DNA of 64,000 nucleotides from Histomonas meleagridis 2922-C6/04-290x. Its lineage: Eukaryota > Protista > Parabasalia. Below are positions 55,479-64,000 of the stretch, piece after piece. The first letter of the stretch is position 1; every line of letters starts with the position of its first letter. The DNA lies in contig JAANOX010000159.1 of the NCBI GenBank assembly GCA_020184695.1, forward strand, positions 124,001-188,000, written 5' to 3'. The notes under the pieces are model-generated. The model was not told the origin of the DNA. It did not search any database and worked only from the letters and a program-made list of their open reading frames with translations. The position numbers and the translations under genes are program-made.

Positions 55479-57467
55479 AAAAATGATTTTAACGTACAGA
55501 TTTCTAAACGTACAGAAGAATTCAATACAGTAATGTATTGTACGTTAAACAAACGGTTAAATAATTAAAAAGTGATATGGACGATACATTGGGTGGTACT
55601 AAATTTACCGGTTTACCAATCTCAAAAAGTTTCACTGCAGTGAAACTATAGTTGAACAAGAACTTCCGAAAGTATATCTCCAACACCAACAATTACATCA
55701 AAGTGAAAATGACAAGGAATGAATATATGTGATAAGAAAATGTTTTTAGTAAAAAAATGTTTGTAATTAAATGTTTTAGCAACAAAATAATACTAAATTG
55801 TTTGCGTTTAAGTAAACATTTTGAAGCTGAAGTCAATGAGAAAATGTTCGAAATTACAAATTATTAATTTTTTGGATTTAGATGATTACATGGAAGGCTA
55901 TCACTTGTGTGTGATTACATCATGAATTTAGACAATTCTATACATTATTTGCTAATATTACAAAAAGGAACAATTTCTGGCAGAAACTTCAATTGAATAG
56001 TTTATTTATGTATGACTCGAAAACCTTTGAGTTTGTACTTAACAGATGAAGATAAAAAATTATCTGTATAACATTAATAATAAATTCTATTTTATTCATG
56101 TTAAACTTAAAAACATTTGAAGTACCATTTATAAATATGGAAATTAAGTTACTTAAATAAATGATAAATTGCATACTTTTTTTTAATTTATCCGTTTTGC
56201 CTATGCATTAAAAAACATAGGAACTTTTTTGTAGTTGATACACTCTTTTAACTTTGTAAGTTATATGAATATCTTCTCCATGCTTTGGAAAAATAATATT
56301 TCTATAAAATTTATCAATCCGCTGAGATTAATCATAATATGTAGCACATTCAGTACATGAATCAATTTTTTCATGAGAAAGAAGTTTTTCAAAGATTTTT
56401 ATGTGATATTTTATATGTGGTAACGGGTGCATCTCCTCTTCGGAAAATTAAGGACACAAGGTACCTTTATAAGAGGTATATATACCTCCAAATGCATTTG
56501 GAAAAATGTTTAAATAATTTTAAATGTTATTTTTGAAACAAAATATGTTAAACAGCCAAAATATACTATGAAACATGATAATAAATTTCCAAAAAAATGA
56601 ATCAAAACTCTACAAAATGTACATGGTGTATATTATAAAAATTAATTCATGAAATGTTACAAATTACTCAAAATAATTATTCGACCTGTAGTATGTACGT
56701 TTTTTTAATATTTCAATCTTTTTTTTATGATTAATTACCTAAGTTTTAAATTTCGTTTGTATCGTATTCGATATTAATATTTAATTAATGTATGTTAAAA
56801 TCTAGAATTTGTTGATTATGGGTCAAATATATAGGTTTTAAATGAACATCAAATGACGATCGCAATTTGACTTTTTAATATGATATTTCGAAGCTTGTAC
56901 AACAATAAAAATTTTTATTCAATTTATGGTTGTAAAACGCCGATAGACAATAACATCATTCAAAATCGAAAACAAAAATATCTTCGATATATGAATAATT
57001 ATAAAGAAATTCATAATGTTTTTCTCATTGATTAGGAATATATTGTTTTTAAACAGGAAATAATACTTAATAATCGATATTATTATGAATGTTAATACGA
57101 TTTATAATGAAATTATGATAATAGACAGTATAAATGAAGGAATTTATTATATTTATTCTGAATATTTTTTATATAATATGTGTTTTAAGGTACTATCCTA
57201 CAACCGTGGGAAATTTGGATACTACCTTTCCAAAAAGTGGAGGTCCCATTCAATCATAATGGAGAATTTGAATCAGTTGTAATTTGCATCCGAAAATTTT
57301 CTATCAATTCGTTTCCTGTAAAAATGTCTTAATTCAATTTCATTTTGAATAATATACAAGTACCGCCATGTTATTTTTGAATGAAAATAATATTCGACAG
57401 AGATGGTGTGGAATGAATGTTGTAATATTTCATTTTCTGCTTTTTGATTTTTCTTGTTTTATGTCAA

Positions 57468-57620
57468 TTCTCACTTATATGTACTTATTTTAACTAACTG
57501 TATTCGTTCTCACTTATATGTGTTCATTTCATTGTCTAATGTTAATTCTCACTTATATGTGTTAATTCTAATTTATTCTTATTAATTTTTTATTATATAT
57601 GTTTATTCTCGCTTATATGT
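57468..57620. repeat. Four copies of the 15-nt motif TTCTC(A/G)CTTATATGT with unique spacers
   Basis: Starts at 57468, 57507, 57546 and 57606 (periods 39, 39, 60). Confidence 0.85.
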
Positions 57621-58475
57621 GCTTATTATCAGCTATATGTGTTTCTTTTCATCATTTTATGTACCAACATTTGCTCAAATCATTCAAATATTTTTCGGCT
57701 AATATATAATTTGAACGACTTTCATTTGATATAGATAATACATAGTGAACATGGGGTTTAGTTAAAAATGAATTCAAACTTATTCTAATTTCAGAAATGG
57801 AGCTCAGCTGATTAATTATTTTCAAAAAGTTCACAAATCAATGTTTACATTATTATTTCATTGAGCAATTGATTTAATTATTACCATCCAACCTCCACAT
57901 AACATCGTATATTTTTTCTTTCATTTTTAATTGTCCTGATCGTCGTAAATATTAAATTACATTAAATTTTATACTAATGAAACATAATTAATATGTAGGA
58001 CATGACAATTCATGAAAATTTATATGCGAAGCAATTGATATTATTGATCAATTTATAAAATATTAATTAAGTCAAAAATGAATTTTAGTGTAACATTGAT
58101 ATACAATTTGTGTTGTAATACACAGACAATTGAATATTTTACAATATCGTGATTCTTGATCGTAATTTAATTTAATATATAATAATAATTTTTTTTAATT
58201 CATTTTAATTAATGCAATGTATGATGTATGCAATGTCTATAACTTTCTATTTAATGATATCTGTTTCAGCACCATTCTTCGTAACCAATACACTCATGAG
58301 TTTGATGAGGGAGTGAGCAAATTCCACAAATTGAATTTTCATTTGTGGTTTTTATGCTTCTTGCTCTTCCTCTGTGTTTTTCTGTAGCATCTACTATAAT
58401 CTAATGAGTTCCATCTATAAGATTAATTTCATTAACATCATTTATTTTGAATATATTATTTATAATGGTACTTAA

Positions 58476-60472
58476 TCATTGCATAACCTCATCATAAGTT
58501 TCTTTTGTTCTACTTGCAAGGGAAGCAATTGTTTTTCCTATATGATACAGCTCAAGATATCTACCTTTTGATAAAAGTTCTGCCTTATTAATAGGTTTGC
58601 TTGGAATATCTTCTTTATTCTCAAAAAATTCAACATTACATTCTTGAATTCCACATAAAGAATTTATTTCCATGACTTCTTCTTGATTATAATTTAAGTT
58701 AATTTTCCAAAAATCATTTATATAATTCACATTATTGACATCTAAATAATGATGTAATGCTATTATTAAGTGAGCACATGGAATACCTTTGATAACAAAT
58801 TCATTACAACCTCAGTAATCTCTTTTTGTTATACTTATGGTTTCATTTTGATTAAATTCATTAGTACAAATATATCCCATATTTGGACCAATTTCAACTA
58901 TTTCAAAATATATTGAACGCTGAATATTTTTAATAATTTTTTATTGTATTTTGGGAGACCCATTAATTCCGGATAATTCTTGGGTAATATTTCTTCTCTG
59001 CCTATACAATATTTGATTATTTGTTATTTTAGCATTTAAATCAATTTTGTTAATTTCATCTCTAATAGAACAAAGTGATTTCATTAAATAATTTAATCTT
59101 CGTTTTATCATACGGTTTCGTGATTCTGCAATACTTGTCGTATTGCTTCCTCTTGTGAATGCATTGATTTTACTTTTAGCAAATTGAGTAATACAAGGTG
59201 TGAGGTTATCATCTATATGTTCATTCAGATTTTTGTCAATATTTTTTAACTTTTCAATTAAAGTATCAATGTTGTCTGGATAATCACAATAACATATTTG
59301 ATGGAATATATTAGCTGCCACCATTTTTTGTTTCTTATTTAATCCAATTTTATTTAATTGTTTGATGAAATTTTTTTCAATGTGTTTTGCGCATAGAATA
59401 TGTTTAGGGTTAAATCCTTCTTCTCTCAATTGTGAAAAAGCATGAATAAATGCACTGTCTTCATCAGTTATTATAACTTTTGTATGAAACTCAGGAAGTG
59501 TTTGTAACATGGTAAATAACCATTTGATAATTGTTTGGTACATTATGGCAGAAAAAAGTATTCCACCTGATTTAATATGTAAATATTGGTCTAACATTGA
59601 AATGGGAGTCATTTCCCATTTTAAAAAATGACTCGGTATTTGTGTTCCATCGATTTGAATTACATCAGAATATACGTTTAAATTTTCCAACTCATATGGC
59701 ATTAATGAGAGAATCGCAATTCTTTTAATTTTTCCTTCTTCTCCAACATCAAATGTTAATGTACAACCACCATTTTCATTAATAAAATTTTGTAATTCAA
59801 TTGAATCTGGAGTAAAATGTTCTAATTCTTTTTGATAAATAATTTGAGCTATATCAAATGTTGTAAAAGAAAAAGTTGGAACAATTAACGGTAAAATTTT
59901 TTGAATTTGAGAAGGAGACATTAATTTCCCAATCTTTTGATAACTGGAACTGTACTATCGTCTTTTAATAACGATGCATATTCACTATGGTTGTGAAAAA
60001 GTATGGATTTACATGAAATATAGAAATCATTTGATCCTTTTTTTGTAATAATAATTTGATATTTGCATTCTGTTTTATTTGTAGATTTTACATTATAAAT
60101 CTTTCCACCTTTTTCACAATATAATCGAAAATAACTCAATGAATTTTTTCCATCTTTTTCATTAAGTTTAAATCCGTTTTTTAATGCTTCTGTAGACAAA
60201 TATTCGATAAAAGATGAAATATTATCCATATGAATAGTTGACAATACATCCATGTTAAAAAACTCTATTCCACTTTGGTAAATAGGAACAAACTCACATC
60301 CTTGTTTAATAAATAATTGTTGAATAGAATAATTTTGTTTAATTGAATGAATTATCACAGAAATTAGTAACAACTGAAAAGCTTCGAATGGAACTTTGTC
60401 TATTGTTGGAATTTTTTCATATAACTCTTCATAGGAAGGAATTCGTTCCATGACAATATAAAAAAGTGACAT
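58476..60472 (-). mobile_element. Mutator-like (MULE) transposase, FAR1-MULE-SWIM, disrupted
   Basis: FAR1-like C..C..HNH; IQIDG, ITDED, CAKH and AESRN catalytic D/D/CxxH/E; SWIM *GC...IPCAH; frameshift at 59921, TAA at 58941, TGA at 58812; no TIRs identified. Confidence 0.85.
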
Positions 60473-62068
60473 AAGTGGCCATGGTTTGGAAAATATAACA
60501 CATTATAAATATATTTATACTTTATTAATTATGAAACAACATGTAATAACTTACATTAATACACATAATTAATTTATTTTTAAGGCATCATTAGATTATT
60601 AAATAAAAATGTTCTGTTGACGAGAGAATTTTCGTATAAATTCAAATGTATGCATAATATTTTATATCGTTATATACTTTTTTTTCCACTTATATATTTG
60701 GGGGTTTAAATAATCATCATATTATACAGTGTCGCATTTATAATCATTATAACTGTTAGAAGTTTTTTTCAACAATTAAAATCCATGATTTGTAAACAGT
60801 CGTCACCGATATAATATTGTATGTTAATAAATCTATAAAATTGTAATAGATCAAAACAAAACAGACGGTTGACACTCTAACCGTAATATCTTCTCAAAAA
60901 TTATTATTCAATTCCATCTATCGGAGCGGCTCTCAGTTTTTCCTAAAAAATTTCGGTTATTTTTTCTGATGTTTATTCTTCACATGTATCGTCATTCAAT
61001 ATTGAAAAGTTTATTATTAGAAAAAGTTTCATATGCGAATTAAATGATTTACTTACGCACTTTTTCCTTCTTATTGTAGGTGCTGACCATTTTTTACTAT
61101 ATAATGTCAACCAGCGAGCTCCTATAATGATTTGATTTATTTTTTTATCAATTTTTTTCTTTTTTTATCTTCTTTTAATTTTTTTCTTATCTTATTATTC
61201 TCTTTTTTAAAAGTGGGGCATAAACGGTCTCCCGGGAAATTTATTTTTTTTCAAGAAACCTCTGTGAATGTAATACTTACGATTAAAAAATAAACAATAT
61301 TTCTGTCTGATGATGTACTTATTATTTATTGAAATATTAAGATTTTTGATAAAATATCGATAATTCCATATACAAACAAATTTTGTTTTTTTACATATTT
61401 CACATTACTTTCTAAGTTAATTTTTTTTTAAAGTATCCATATTTTGATCTTCAACACTTGGTTTTCCCATCAATTATTGAGATTTAAGCTTAATATATTG
61501 TATGATTAAAATATATATTCACATAAATTTTACGAATAGAAAAACGAGCTTTAAGCAAATTGATTCACAGAATTGTACGCAAGTAACAATTATTTTGATA
61601 ATTAAAATCGATTTATTTTCAAGATAAGATTTATGTTGATTAACTTTTTTTTGCCTTGTAAATGAAGTTTTTATCATTCTGCTTGTATAATTTCACGTTG
61701 AATTTGAAGTTCATGAATGTTAGGTGAATCATATGATGCTATTTTTTACATATATACTGCAGACTTAGATTGAGTGCATTAAAGCATTAGTTATTTATAT
61801 ATGCATTCGTTTGCTTCAGTAAGAAAAACCATTATACATATGTATTTATGTAATTAAAATAATGAAAATGATTTTATAATGACAAAAAGTATTAATTAAT
61901 ACGTATATTCAATGTTTCAACAAGTTGAGATAAGAATACTCTTTCAAACCAAAAATAATGATTACTTATAATTTTTAATGAGAAAATTCATAATTTCACA
62001 AATATACCCGGAGTTAATTACGTGAGTCCAATAACTTCTATCTTCTCAAACTCATTAACTTGATATTT

Positions 62069-62411
62069 TTAATTAAGAAAAATGACACAACAACCAAGAA
62101 GACAGTAAGACGGAATGCAATTATTGTATATATTAATCAAAGCATCTTTGCAAGACAATTGAAATTGACATGTTGGTGTAAGTGGTTCCGAAATATTTTC
62201 CCATCCTCTACAGCCATGAAGATTTCCAAAATTAATTCCAATTCTCACACCTTCTCCTAAAAATGCATCATGGAAGCTATCAATTATGGACGGCTTCATG
62301 GCAAAAATGGAAGATGCAAAAACAGCCAATTAAGATATTCGAAATAAGAGTCCCATACGCAAAGTAAATTAATTCTCGAAATATACCTATTAATGAAAAC
62401 ATTCCAATGAT
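62069..62411 (-). pseudogene. Possible tetraspanin-like fragment
   Basis: IIGMFSLIGIFRELIYFAYG (TM-like), frameshift, then LAVFASSIFAMK...LHGCRGW...C...SCKDAL...C (EC2-like cysteines); weak. Confidence 0.35.
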
Positions 62412-62649
62412 TAAAACAGGGAGTGTAAACACTTTTCAATAACTTTATTATAAAAAGTTGGGAATCATTTTCACAAACCATTTTTTTGAATAAAAGTTAT
62501 TTTAATTCTTTTACTCCATAACTATATTTTGAAACTATTTCCATTAGATATTGAACAATTTATTTATTACCCAAATGATAGTAATATTTTCATAAAATAA
62601 AAAAAAAAAAAAAATTATAATCAAATAAATATTTATTTCATAAATAACA

Positions 62650-64000
62650 TTAGTCATTCCATAATGAATTATTTTTAACGTTATAAATCCTCAACATCCA
62701 ATTCTTTGTAGTATATACCTCATTAAAATACCACAAACTAAAGTCAGTAGTAAATGTTACATTTCGTACCACATCAAAACCTTTTTGCTTAGTTTTCATA
62801 TTTTCAAATTCGCCAAATCTATAATAAGAAAATTTAAACAATGTTGATTTCTTCATTTTTTGTTTCATTCCAGGTCCTACAATAAAAAGGATAATTTTTC
62901 ATTTATATATTCACTAACGTTTATATTATCCATTGATTCCAAAACAGATTGAAATCTATTTATATCATCTAACACAAACCCAGAAGCACCTCCAAAAGAA
63001 ATAACACAATAATCAACATCATATTCCTTAGCAATTTCAAATGCTTTTTCCTCATTAACAACAGCTAAAAACGAAACATTATTAATATGTGAAATATTAT
63101 TTGTATTACCATCAATTAAAGTCGTTTTATTTGCTATAGACCATAATTGATAACCAATATCCCAAAATGACCAAATTATATCATTTTGATTTGTGTTCAT
63201 ATATAACCATCTATAAGCTTCTCTATGATCATCAGAAATCGAATCTGATAATTCATAATTGATATAATTATTAGAAAAGATATTAGATGATATATGAACA
63301 GTAAAGAAAATATGAAAAATAAAAATTATAAAAAGAAAAAGAAAAGAAAACAACGCTTTAAATGTTTTCTTATGTTTTAAAATCATTAAAATTATATTAT
63401 GAATTGAAAATGATATAACAAAAGTAAAAAATGGAAATGAAAAAACAAAAAGTCGAACAGAAAAAAGTCCGAAAAAAAATGTTAAAATCCCCAATGAAAA
63501 AATTAGAATTGAAGTATTATTATGTATATAATAAATTTTATATAAACCATAAGGAAATAAAAATAAAAGAGGACCAAACGTTATGAAACATGTTATGAAT
63601 GAAGAAGATTGATTTTCAGAAATCGCTGAAAATAATTTCGAATTTTTTAAGTTTTTAATTTTGAATATATATAAAACTTTTTCGGGAAATTTATATAAAA
63701 ATATTAACAATAAAACAAACAAAAATATTATTAAATTCCTTTTTTTAAAATGAAAAAATATATTTAATGAATAAAAATTTAAAAAAAGAAAAACTAAAAT
63801 CGAAAATAAAAATTCATTCGAATTTATAACTTTCTGTTTTGTTATTGGTAATGAAAAAGAAAAAAGTATTCCGAATATAAACCATAACGAATATGTAATA
63901 TAAATACGAAATGAAAAATTTCCTTTTAATAGAAGAAGTAATACAAAAAATGGAATTGAATTTGTTACAAATGAAAATCCGCCCCATGTAATCATTAATA
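62650..64000 (-). CDS. STT3: Divergent STT3 oligosaccharyltransferase, C-terminal part; 5' end outside window; 1-nt frameshift in T5 at 62884-62888
   Basis: WGG, DDHREAYRWL..NT, FWDIGYQ, D.NT.N..HI, DVDY....FGG..G...DDIN, then in the -1 frame SYYRFGE, GFDVVRN, EVYTT.NW..RIY.VK. Confidence 0.88.

Noticed and set aside
57468-57620. CRISPR array
   Set aside because: Eukaryotic context, only 15-nt repeats, irregular spacers and no cas genes.

Overview
AT-rich, gene-dense eukaryotic DNA from a parabasalid protist (Trichomonas/Tritrichomonas/Histomonas-like). This assignment is inferred from the BspA LRR genes, DUF3447-type ankyrin genes, class II aldolase, Inr/M3/M5 core promoters and TAAA stop/poly(A) signals. 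Blocks of apparently intronless housekeeping genes (RUVBL2, cis-prenyltransferase, FBA, RPL22, RPL31, RPS2, exportin-7-like, INO1, MLH1, H2A, TKL and Aurora kinases, Rap/RalGAP, divergent STT3) alternate with accessory tracts. These tracts hold BspA genes and fragments, ankyrin loci, mariner and MULE remnants, a (ATTT)94 microsatellite and an iteron-like repeat cluster. The most striking signal is in four separate ankyrin loci. Clean 90-nt ankyrin-coding blocks alternate with a conserved, mostly 80-nt AT-rich spacer at the same beta-hairpin position (170-nt period). The spacer breaks the frame, has stops in both relevant frames in some copies, and has no consistent GT-AG ends or parabasalid branch motif. 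It is a candidate non-canonical intron, bypass or cassette system; nothing here shows it is expressed or removed. Several single-base frameshifts fall in homopolymers, so some pseudogene calls may be assembly errors.
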